Source: Vicugna vicugna (taxonomy: Eukaryota). Taken from it: a DNA stretch of 64,000 bases. The stretch covers positions 2,482,001-2,546,000 of the forward strand of contig MU058009.1 in assembly GCA_013265495.1 (NCBI GenBank), in the 5' to 3' direction. Positions 14,401 through 26,400 of the stretch are shown piece after piece. Each line of letters opens with the position of its first letter. The first letter of the stretch is position 1. The notes below the pieces were generated by a model. It worked only from the letters and a program-made list of their open reading frames with translations, was not told the DNA's origin and did no database searches. A program made the position numbers and the translations under genes.

Positions 14401-17400
14401 CCCCATGTTCACTGTATTATTTATAAGAGCCAAGACATGGGAACAATCATGACAGAGGTCTATCAGTGGACAAATGGACAAAGAAAACGTACACACACAC
14501 ACACACACACACAGTGGAGTGTTACTCAGCCATAAAAAAAGAAGGAAATCCTGACATTTGAAACAACATGGATGGATCTAGAGAGTATTAAGCTAAGTGA
14601 GATAAATCCCATAGAAAGACAATTACTGTATGGTATCACTTCCATGTGAAATCTAAAAAATCCTGACTCACAGAAACAGAGACTAAAATGGTAGTTACCA
14701 GGGGCTGGGGGTGGGGGGAATGGGGAGATATTGGCCAAAGGGTACAGATTTCCAATTATAAAAAGTCCTGGGGACCTCATGCACAGCATAGTGACTGCAG
14801 TCAGCAATACTGCATCACACACCTGAAAGGTGCTAACAAAGACCTTACATGTTCTCGCTGCAAGAAAAGAACCTGATAATTACGTGATGTGGCAGATGTG
14901 CTAACTACCCTTACTGTGGCCATCAACTCACTACGTGCATGTATAAAATCAACACACTGCACACTTAGACTCACACAATGTCAGGTCAATTCCACCTCAA
15001 CAACGCTGAGGGAGAAAGGGGCCACGACAGACTGGACATCATCACCTGGGGTGACCCACAGAGCCCAGGAAGAGAGGCTGGGGGACCTGAACCCTGCCTG
15101 GGTCCTGTCACTAACCTTCAGAGAGTCACCCAGACTCCTGCCTCCACTTCACAGGGAAAATGAGAAAGATGGGCTGGATGAACCATTCTCCAGCGGGAAC
15201 TGAGGAGGGGCTCGGGAAAAAGCAGGCGCCTACAGGCGGACGGCACCCCTCGCAGACCCCTCGGGCAACTCTACCGGTGGGAGTGTGCTGCCCCCTGGGG
15301 AGGCTGAGGCAGGGAAGGGTCCATGGACCCCCGGCACCTCCCAAGCCCATGACAGCTCTGACACACTGACCACCCCCCATCACAGCATTATACTCACACC
15401 CGAGGAACAGGCATTGTGGCATCTGAGCTGTCTTCATTTTCTTGCTGGAGAAAAAGGAAAACAGTCACAGGTGGATGGACTAAAGGATTCTGGCTAACTC
15501 AAGGGTTCTGGAAGCCCAACAGAGAGAGCTGGTATTTCCTGAAAACTGTACCTTACAGAAGGCCTGGTCTTTGGTTTCTAGCCACAGCTGGAAGAGTGCA
15601 GCTAACTCCTTTTCATTATCTTGGGACTGGCCTATTAAAAGAACAAAAAGGCAAAAAATAGTAAGATTCCCTTTCTCCTCACTTGCTGTAACTGCCGGGA
15701 CCTGCAGCCATGGTCCTGCGCACAGACTACCCTCCACCTGGGCGTCCACATGCAGAAGGGTTTCGGGATCCCATGTGACACCACTCACGAAAATTAACCT
15801 GAAATGTCCGCATGGAACACGGTCCACCCAGCATCCTCAAGGCTCAGTCATGTGACCCCAGGGCCCCTCTCCCTCCGCTGCACCCCAGCCACTCACTCCC
15901 ACAACCACAACCGGACTCTGTCATTGCCCAAAGCTGCTCCACCTTCAAAATGCCTAATCCAGTGTTTCTCAACTCTAGCTGTGCATGAGAATTACCCAGA
16001 AACATTTTACAATGCCAGGGCCCTACTCAGGCAGTTAAATCGAAAAACCTGTGGGTGAAGTCCAGGCATCAGCATTTTTTGAGAAGTTTCCCAAATAGCT
16101 GCAGCACACAGCCAGGGCCAAGAACCTTCACACATCCTGCTCTCCGGCCACAACAGCCTCCCCTCCGCTTGCTGCGTGTTTACCTCTCCCATCGACATGC
16201 TACCCGGTCTCAACTGCCAGTCCAAACACCCCAGTTCCCTGCTCCCATCAGCCCCGCCTTCCCCAATTCAGCTCCGGGTCCACGCCCACCATCTCAACTA
16301 TAGGCACAGTAACCCCTAAGGCCCCTCTCTCCCATCTGCATCACTGCCCTCGAGCGAAGCTCAAATTCCGCACTATCCACCTTCTCCAAGTTTCAACTCG
16401 GGCAGCTGAGGGCTGCCAGAAAGAAAACCCAGAGGAAAGCAAAGGGCACCTCTATACACGAGTGTGAGCAGCCCCCACGGGCCCTCCGTCTGCCCAGCGA
16501 GCTAACCACATCTCTGACAAGCTGGTTCCCCACTCGCTCTAGAACAACTGTCCCCACTCTTGTCAACCTCCCTTCCCGCTCACAGCTGAGATCGCTGCTC
16601 TCCCTCCCACTTCACACAGAAAAGCCGTCTGACCAAACCCCCTCAAACTTCCCGCAAATAAAACCTACAAGCCCACTGCTGTGCACCCAGTCTCTCCCCT
16701 ACAACGAAAACAGAGGAGCCGCCTCCTGCCATCTGAGGCTGACCCACTGGCATCAGAATTTGTACGATTGACTTTCCCTTCTCCGCTTCGTATCCTCTCC
16801 ATCAACACTTAGACACACACTAAGTTTCTCTCAGTTTTAAAAAAAAGTCCTCTCGTGGTGGGGGAGGGTAGAGCTCAGGGGTAGAGTGCATGCTTAGCAC
16901 ACATACAGTCCTGGGTTCAACCCCCAGTACTTCCATTAAACAATAAAATATTGTTGAAATTTAAAAAAATAATAAAATTTTAGAAAGTCCTCTCTTGGCC
17001 ACCAGTCCCCCTCCCTGCCCTCCCCTCCCCCGCTAAGCCGCTAGAAAGTGGTCGATTCACTGGCTCTGTAACGGGGGGTGCTGGGAAGCATTCACGTGGC
17101 TGCAGGAAAGGGGGCCCCGATATGTGTGTACAGGTCTCCACCGGGGACGCGAAGGTCAGCGAACTGCTCTGTAAACAGAGCTGCATGGCCGCCGGTTCAC
17201 ACTGTCTGTGGCTGTGCTGCACAGGGCAGAGCTGAGCGGCTGCAGCCAAAAGCTCCAGGCCCACAAGCTGAAGACACTACGACCTGGTCCCAGCAGGCCT
17301 GCTGCTCCCGTGAAGTCCCCTCCAGGGCTGATTTCCAGTCACCAGCCAGGTGGCTAGAAGGACTATAATTGGCCTCACGAACGGCCATCAGCTTGCCAGC

Positions 17401-20400
17401 AACCTAACCCTCGTCACCCCACTAACGAATGACTCCTCCAAAATACTCATCACTTCTTCCATGTCCACAAACCCCGTCTTTATCTTCCTAAACTTTCCAG
17501 GAACAGTCAAGGCCAGTGACCACTCCCTACCTCCTGACTCCGCAGTCACTGCCTCTCCACGTGTCCTCACTCCGCCTCCTCCACTGCGGAGCTTCTCAAG
17601 GTTTAGTCCGAGGCCCTCTTCTAACACTTTCCCCCCAGGCTTCTGGCTCCAAGCACTCGGTGTGTGCCCACAGCTCTCCATCCTGACCCTCTGGTCTGGA
17701 CCCTCAACCCACCCATCCCACTGCCTAGTGAGCTTCTCCACCTCAGTACTTCAAAGGCAGCTTGTCCAAAACCACACTCATGACTGTCCCCCTCACCCAA
17801 GCCTGGACGTCCTCCAAGGCCACCTATACTGCTGGCAGGACCCCTGCCTACCACATACCAATCTAGCAGAAGTGATGCCTGTCAGCCCTCCTCCTTCACT
17901 CACCATGTCCAATCCATAACCCGGTCCTCTGGCTCTCACCACCCAAATCTTTCCCAAATTCACCCATTCTCCCTGTCTGGGTCCAGATTAGCATCATCTC
18001 TACACAAGCTTGTGTGACCTTAAATCCCCGTCTCCCTGGCACCCCCAATCCACACTGCTCCCTCCACGGGGAGTGCTCCCGACCCCCCACCCAGCTCATC
18101 CCGGGTCACCGCTGACACCTCTGCTCAAATCACCTTTCTCAGGAAAGGGCTCCCTGACTCTGCACACACCAATGCCTCATCACAGACATGCACCCCTTCT
18201 AGCATTTTCCCTTACAGAATGTGTAAGCTTATTTCATTTAAATGAGTATTTGTCCCCCAAACAAACCTTAAACTCCAAGGGGGGAGCACACTGTCTAACT
18301 TATAAACCATTACATGCCCGGCATGTACCACAGTGCCTGACACCCAGAGGCTGAATACGCACTGCAAAGAATGAATGAACCTTCTGCTTTCCTCACAGAC
18401 ACTGGACAGGCATGTGCGCTTCCCCAGGAGACCAACACTGCGTCTTCCTCTGATCACCCCCCGCCCAGGTAATGGTCACCAAATTTCAGGCACACGTCAC
18501 AACTTACACTGCATGTGGGACTTCCCACATTTGCAACAAAGGGAGCCTGTTCTTCAGAAACAGCTTACTCGGGGCTGCCCAACACATCGTCCTCAGTAGC
18601 AAAGCCCACCTTAGGAAGGAAAATAATTTCTTTGCTACAAGTTAATCTAAAACCGTAGACATGGCTGACGGAAACGCAGGAGCTGCTGTAGAACACCTCT
18701 GCAGGTTTCGACTCCACCAGCCCCAGCGGGCATCACAGCGAAGGGCAAGGCCACCGCAGCCACACCCGATGGGGTGAATGCAGACCTTGTGAGTCCCAAA
18801 GGGGTCCTGAAGGATTCTTTTACTGAGCAAAACAAGGGTTACTACCGCCCTATTCAACATTCACCTGGTCTGTACTGATTGGAAGGCACAAGCAGCTCAG
18901 GGGAGGAAACAGAAGGAAAATTTGTTATAGGTAGTGACGTGCATTACTCACCAAGCAACTTCCACTGCTGAGTTTTCTCTTTGAATTCAACAAAGGGAGA
19001 GAAACCGGAAGGCACAGCTGCAAGAAACGGAGCCCATAAACAAGCCGCGCAGGTCCGAGAGAACGCTAAACTGAGAACAACAGACACCCCGGCTCCGACC
19101 TCCCCACGCTAATGGCTCTCAGGACAGCACCCTGCAAAGCCAGGATGATTTCACCAGCCCAGCTCCAGCTTACTACGAGGATCTGTTAGCCTGGGAGGTG
19201 GGCGGGGAGGGGCACTGACTCCCCAGAAAGAAGTACCTTACCACGGCTTTCTCCAGCAAGACACTGCAGGGCTGGTAGCACCAACTCTGCCCAGTTGGGG
19301 GCCGCAGAGAACCAGCTATTAAGGGAGCTGGCCGGAGAGGACTGCCAGTCCAAAACTCGCTCCTCCAACTGAGGGAAAGGGAAGGCAGAAGCCAGTCAGA
19401 GTTCTACTCTACACCAGCCATCCCACGGCTGTGCCGGAACAAGCTGGCTGTGTTCGTCCAGTGTGCCCAGGTCACAGACTCAGTCTGCTGCAGAGCTCAG
19501 GGGGGACCCAGAGCTCTGCTTCTCGAGCCACAGACCACTGAAGATGTCCACAACCTGGAACTTCGATGTATACCTGACTTTTCCAAAAAGGCTTACCATA
19601 GGGAGACTGGTCTGCCCCTCCAGCAGCAAGATCTCCAACAGAAGAGAGAAGAAGCTGGAAGATATCTCATTGATTCCAAGGCAAGGCTTGAGGTCTTCAA
19701 GAGGCCTAACGAGGGAAGAAAAATCTGAGAACCACCAAAAGGACCAAGACACTCCCAGGTTGCTTTAGGCCCTCCGAGCCTCCTAGCAGTCATAAGAAAG
19801 TTCAGTAGAGGACCACAATATACACTTTCCCCAGGACCCCTGGGACTCAGGGCTCACAGGGTCAACCCAGCCCAGCTCACAGCGAGCACCAGCCCTGGGA
19901 GCATGCCTGACTGGTCACCCCTGTCGCTCACTTACTCCTCTTTGATAACAGGTATGGCCAGTGGGGATGGAGCCTGGGAGAGGGGTGGAAGCCCTTCAGC
20001 ACTGCTCAGGGGTTCAGCCAGATCCTCTGTCTCTGATTTGATCATTTTTATTTTTTTCTTCTTCCTTTCTTCTTTTTCCTTAACCTTTTTTTTAAGGACA
20101 GCCAAGTCATACAGGGCTGGAGAGAAAAAAGCAACACAAGTCACAGAACTGCATTTTCTGCACCAGGAAACGATGAGTATCATCTGCATATTATTTTGCC
20201 GAAGCTGAGAAGTAAAAGAAAAATCTCAGTAAGAAGACATGTAGTTTTGTTCTGTTTTGATTTTAAACCAAACCCCATGAGTGATTTAAAGACTCAATGA
20301 TCTGTTGTACTGGTTTTATACTCACTGTCTACCTATAAATCCATAAGAGGCAATAACAAAACAAAGGTCACCAGCGAGAAGGATGCACTGGTTTCATCTT

Positions 20401-23400
20401 TTTTTGCAACGTGCCAACAGGTGTAATGCAACACCACAGCCAGACAACGGCCTCCTCTGGAGGCCACCATTTACCTGCCAGAGAGCCCTTCCTGCCAGCA
20501 TTGACTCGCATCATGATGTCACTGAGAGTCAGGTCCCCCGTCAAAAGATCCGGGTGATCCTAGACATGAGAGTGAGATTCGTCACGGAGGCCCCGAAAAG
20601 GAGCTACAACTGTTGATCATTTTGCCAACTTACCTAACAGATACAATGAGACGTCAGGTGCACTTGAGGAAATCATACTGAACTTAAACGGACAGAGTTA
20701 TGAACTATTTGCTCCTCGTAACAGGGCAGGGAGAGCCCAGCTCCAACTGCTCACACCCAGCACTTACAGCTGACAAGGCTCTTCCGCACCCCTCACCTCA
20801 CACGCTCTTCTGTCTGGTTAAGTAGCAGTGTGGTTTACAAAGACTGAAAGTGGGGTTCAGAGGCATCAGGGATTTGCCCAACATCACAGTAAGTGGCAAG
20901 GACAGAGACAGAACTCAGTTCTAACTCCAGCATGGGGCTCTTCCCAGCTCGCCACTCCGCCGGGGACCGACTGCCTGCCTCTCCTCCTCCACTATGCTCT
21001 GGCTTGGCGCCACCTCGATGTGGTGGACTGGCGGGGCAGGAACGGAACAAGCGGGAGGAACCCAGGCCCGACGCCTGGCTCTGCTGCTCAGCAGCCACAG
21101 GGCTGGAGACGAGCTCCCTGAGCCTCACCCAGCAGCGCCGTCCTAAAGAGCGGACCCGACGGCGCACTAAGACGCCCTATGCAATCAAAGCATCAGTCTT
21201 CTCCTCACATCCTTGATGGAAACGGGCCTCCCATGCTGCTCCTGCCCCCAAGGATAAGGAAAGGGGATACCAGATCTGGAGAGATCAGACCCCAGTCCCC
21301 GTCTTACCGGCTGGTATTTCCGTTTCTCGTGGTGCTTCCTCAGCATGACCTTCAGGTCACTCTCCCCCAGCTCTAGCTTATCTGAGAGAAGAGGAACCAA
21401 GCCACACAATGGTTGTTCACTCCCACAACACTCAAATTCACACCTTTCTGGTCACTTGCAATATTCAAAAGTAAGGTATTTCCTGAGTTTCCCTTCTGAC
21501 CTCGGTGCTGCAAGGACTGACAGCCACAGGCTCACTCTGCAGCTCTTCTGTACGTTGGTCAGTAACAGTGACCTCAGAGACGACCCTTAGCTACTCCTAA
21601 AACACCTGCAAGTTTCTTAATGCTCTCCTTTGATTCATCTCCTGATTAAAACGTTCTCTAATTCCACAGACATGCCAAGAAACCGCTCTGGCTCTGGTAC
21701 CCCTTCTGTTCTACTACTGAATCGTCTCTTAGTATTGTTATTTTGACTGAGGATTCTGCTTTCTTTAGGCCAAAATGCCAGCTGATCAGTTCCTGGGGTA
21801 AATTTCAAAACAAAGGCAGGAAGGCCGGCTGGCCTAGCTACTTGTGAAAAAGTGGAACCACACAAAACCTGCTCCAAATCTCCTAACTCTCAGGAACCCC
21901 GCTCTGCTCCCCTGGCGGGAGGAACCCACGGCAGCAGCTCATGCTCACCTGAGGTTTTCATGTCCGTGGTGCAGAGTGTGGGCACCACCCTCAGGGGCAC
22001 CGCGGGGCTAGGAGAGCGTGCTGGAGAGCTCGGAAGCCATGAGCTGAGATCTTCAAAAGAAAATTTTTCTTGTAAATCCAACGTGGCTGTGGACTCCAAT
22101 AGGGGAGACTGAGTAAGTGGCCATTTGGGTTCAAGAAGGCTAAGCCAACAAGAGGGAGGCTGGGCTCCCCCGTCCTTCCTGACCCTCCCCAGACGGCTGG
22201 AGCACTCAGGTCACTTAAACGGCTCTTCCAGGAAGAGAGACTTCAAGAGCGGTGGGGCCGCACTGCGGGGCCGACAGGCACTACTCCTCTCCTGTGAGGG
22301 GAAAAGCAGTCCCTCAAGCGGCACCGCGGGACCAGACAGCCTGCTGAGAGCGCCCCCACCTGACACCTGACGGGAGTGTCTCCGGGCTGAGCCCCGACCC
22401 TCCACCCACAGACCGCGGGGACACCTCCTTGCTGGGAGGAAACACTACCACTGGCTCCAACCAGACAACAGGCTGTGGGTGTGGACGGGTGCCCAGCCCA
22501 CCAGAGCCCAAGGACACTCACCCTCTTCATCAGACGACAAGGCCGTGTCCCCGCACTCCTCCTTTACTTCCCGCAACACCTTCAAGTAGCGCTGCTGGGT
22601 GCGCCACTCCCGCTCCTCGGGTGTGCGGGATGGCGACGGGCGCTTCTGCCGGCAGGGCGGGGCGGGGCCACTGCGCCGGGCCATCTCCAGGAGGTCCTGG
22701 AAGAGCGGACAGGCCTCAGCCAAAGCCTGCTCTGGCACATTCCCAAGTCTACACCTGGTTCTCGTCACTGTGTCACAAGCTCAACTCCCTCTCCGTCACA
22801 AAGAAAGAGGCTCGCACATGAACACGTCCAAAGACAAAGGGTTTGTGTTATTATTAAACGACGAAAAATCCCAAATCTGCGTGTTGGACTGCTCCATCAA
22901 GAATGAATACCTACACCAGACACCCAAATATTTTCATAAAGAAGCTTAAAGAACCACTTAGATCCAGAACAACTTCGCCCCGAAGAATCCCAAGACAGGT
23001 CCAGATCCGGGGATGCCGAGCCTGGTGCACTTCGTCCCCGTCGAGCACCCCCACCACCCTGCCCTGGCAGCCTCAGAGCGACCTGGTTCTCCCTCACAAC
23101 CCACCACAGAGCTGGCAGCCGCCTCTCTTTCTTGGTAAACGCTGAAGCTACACTCCATCGATTTTACGATGTAGTCTTTTTTCTCACGTTCACCTCTAAA
23201 ATCAGGACACATCTCAGAACGGGTCGTTAGAAAGACAGATACACTGAGCTGTGTCAGGGCCTCACGGGTGGCATTCTTCTGTTCTGCCCCGCCCCGCCTC
23301 TCCCGCCACCGGGGCACAGCCCCCGCCCCGCTGCACTCACGTTCCGCGAGGCCAGGATCTGCCGCAGCAGCCGGTGGAAATACTGCTGCTGGGAGCTCAG

Positions 23401-26400
23401 GTAGCGCTTGTACTGAGACTTGAAGCACAGCTGCCGGTACTTGACCACCTCGGGGTTGAAGTGTCCGTCTGAAAGAGCAGAGGCCACCGCGGACACGCTG
23501 TCAACAAACACGTCACGCGCCCTGGAAACGCAGTCAGCTCTGTGCTGACGAGAGCACAGCGCGCGGGGCAGGGGGATCGTGTCCACGTGGAGCCTGCCGC
23601 CCAGCGGGAGAGACAGGAAACCCCCGAGCCAGCCCGAAAATGAGACTCAACTCTCCCGAGTGCTCTGAGGAAAACCTGGGACGACTGTGAAGAGTGAAAA
23701 GCTACATGGGGGAAGGGGTCACTGAAGAATAAGAGAAAGAAGTGACCATTCCAAGGTAAGCAGTGACAGCCAACACCAGAGCAGGACCTGGCAACCAGCT
23801 GGCACTGTGTGAGGGCCGTGTGTCATTAACTCACCTCATCCTCCCACAGCCCATAAAGATAGCACTTCCACATGCCCATCTTACAGGTGCACAGCCCAAG
23901 GCACAGAGAACTTAAGTAGCTGGCCCAAGGTCACACAGCTAATAGAAGGGGCAACCAGGTTTGAACCCAGGTGGTCCAGCTCCAGAGCCCAACTTCTACC
24001 CACGTTACGCCGCCTGTTGTAGGGAAACGGGACGTCTGACAGCCAAGTGGCCAGAGAGGGAGTGGGATTCTAGATGTGGTCATTTGTGTCCTAATTTTTT
24101 TGTTTCACTTTGGTTTTGATTTTTTTTTCTCCCAAGTGTATGCTTAGTTGTTGCGTATATATATTGGGGACCATTAAAACTTTTTTTGGTGTATTATTAA
24201 AAAAAAAAGAAAAAGAAAGAAAAGTGGCCAGGGGAATCCTCCTTAATAACCCACCAAAAGAGGAAATGCCCTTTCAAAGCCCTAAGGTAATGGGGTTTGA
24301 GACAGCCTGTTCCCTCCGGTCCTCCTGCAGCTGCCAAGTGATCCAGTTTAACAAAACTCAAGATGTGCTGTCTTTCAGGGCCTCCTGCCACAGCAGTCAC
24401 TCCAGGAAGGGGCCGGCGAAGAGGCTTCCTCTGCTCCTCTCCACAAGATAGAGAGCAAACTGTGACTTAAAGAGTGGTCCCAAACCACTGTGGAATCCCC
24501 GACGTAATAACCAATTCAGGGAAGGACCAGTGGAAGCTAAACCACTGGGTAAAACAAAGGCTTTCGGGAAATAAGATTATCACATGGCCTCTAGGTATCA
24601 TCCTACAGACTGCTTCTTAGTTATAAAGGGAAAAAAGCACCTCTGCCGTCAGCAGGCCTGGAAGCCACCACATAGCCCGGTGGTCAAAACCATCATAACC
24701 AGCAATGCAAAGACTGACACCGCACGCCCCCTGAGGTGGGGTGGGAAGGAAATGACATTTCCCCTCTTGTACTCACGGCAAAACATTTAACCCAAACCTA
24801 ATAATGAAGCAGCAAGAATACCTCAGAAAGCAGGATGTTCTGTAAATCACAAATGTCACTATTTTGAAAGACAAGGGAAAGAGGCAGAGGGTCCTAGATT
24901 CATGGGGCTACGAGACACGAGATCCAAACATACATTATACTGGACTGGATCCTGGATTTAAAAGCCAACTACAAATGACATTTGGGAACAATTGAGAAAA
25001 TCTGAATATGGGGTATTCCAGGATATTGTTTGTTCAATGTAAAGTTTCTTGGGTGTGAGAGCAAGACTGCAGTTATGTGGAAGGATGTCCCGTTAGGACA
25101 TACATCCTGCTGAAGTGCTTGGTGGTTAAGGGTCAGGACTTCTGCAGGAAGTGTGTGCATGTGCATCACACACACACACATGTACATGCGGCAGAATAAA
25201 GGGTAAGCCAGCGTGGTAGCTACACAGTTGAGTTCATATTATAACAAATCAATGAACAATACAATTATGATTCATGTGTTTCCAGCATAAGTTAAACATT
25301 TTCATTAAAAAAAGAACAGCCCAGGCAGCAAAGTGTTGCACGGAAACCGCTCCGGGTCGGTGTCTGTGCATGAGAACAAAGCGTAACTGGGTGTGTTCCC
25401 ACCCTCCACCCCTCTCAAAAAGAGAATTCTCTGCTACACACCTCGGAAAAGCTTCTGCGCAATGTGCAGAGGGTTCCCAAAGCGGAAGTTCTCCCCACTG
25501 AACAGGGCGAGGATGAGCTGGTTTTGCTGCTGGATTTCATCTTCGGGAAAGTGGGGCAGAAACTGCTGGAGGTGCTCACGCTGACAGTCACTTAGGACTT
25601 CCCGCCACGTTGAGAGACTGACCACATCAAAGAATATCTCAGGCTGGAGGATCAGGAAAAGCAGGAGGAAAGTAAATAAGAAAAAATTTAAGTTTTTCAG
25701 TTTTTTGTACATAAGTGGTAAAACATACACGACATAAAATTTACCATTTTGTCCATTACTGCACATACGGTTGGTTCAGCGGCATTAAGCGCTCTCACAC
25801 TGTTGGACAACCGTCACTATCATCCAGGTTTTCACATTTTTTTAAACAAACTAAAATTCCGTTGATCTTTACTCAACTCTCAAAACTTAAGAGATTAGTA
25901 AAGATTACATGTAAGCCACACTCTTACCCTCGACAGTAAATAACAACAGGAAAATGAGCCCAGCAGAGACAAGTCCATGTGGAAACCAGTTCTGCAGACA
26001 AGGGTTAAGATGGAGACACCTTGGTTCAGCTTAAAATGAGTGGCAGAAAAAGTCGACACGGCAGGAGAGAAGCTGGGGAGCCGGGGACACCTGCTGAGTT
26101 TACCGACACCGCTTCACTCTCAGCAATCACGTGCGGGACACCTGCGAGCCGAGGGCTCAGACGCACTAGCGCACAGGCTGACTGGAGGAAGGACAGCTAA
26201 ACAAGCCGTCACAATGCAGTTCACCTGTAAGTACACAGGAGCGGCACACATCCCAGAGAACACCTTCCAGACGGAGTAACATTTAAGACAGCAAGGGATA
26301 AGGAAAGGGGAAAACATGCTGAGGCAGGAGGGTTAAAAATCCAGAGCAAAGCCATAAAAAGAGAAGAAGAATTAACACATAACAAAGGAGAGCAACCACC

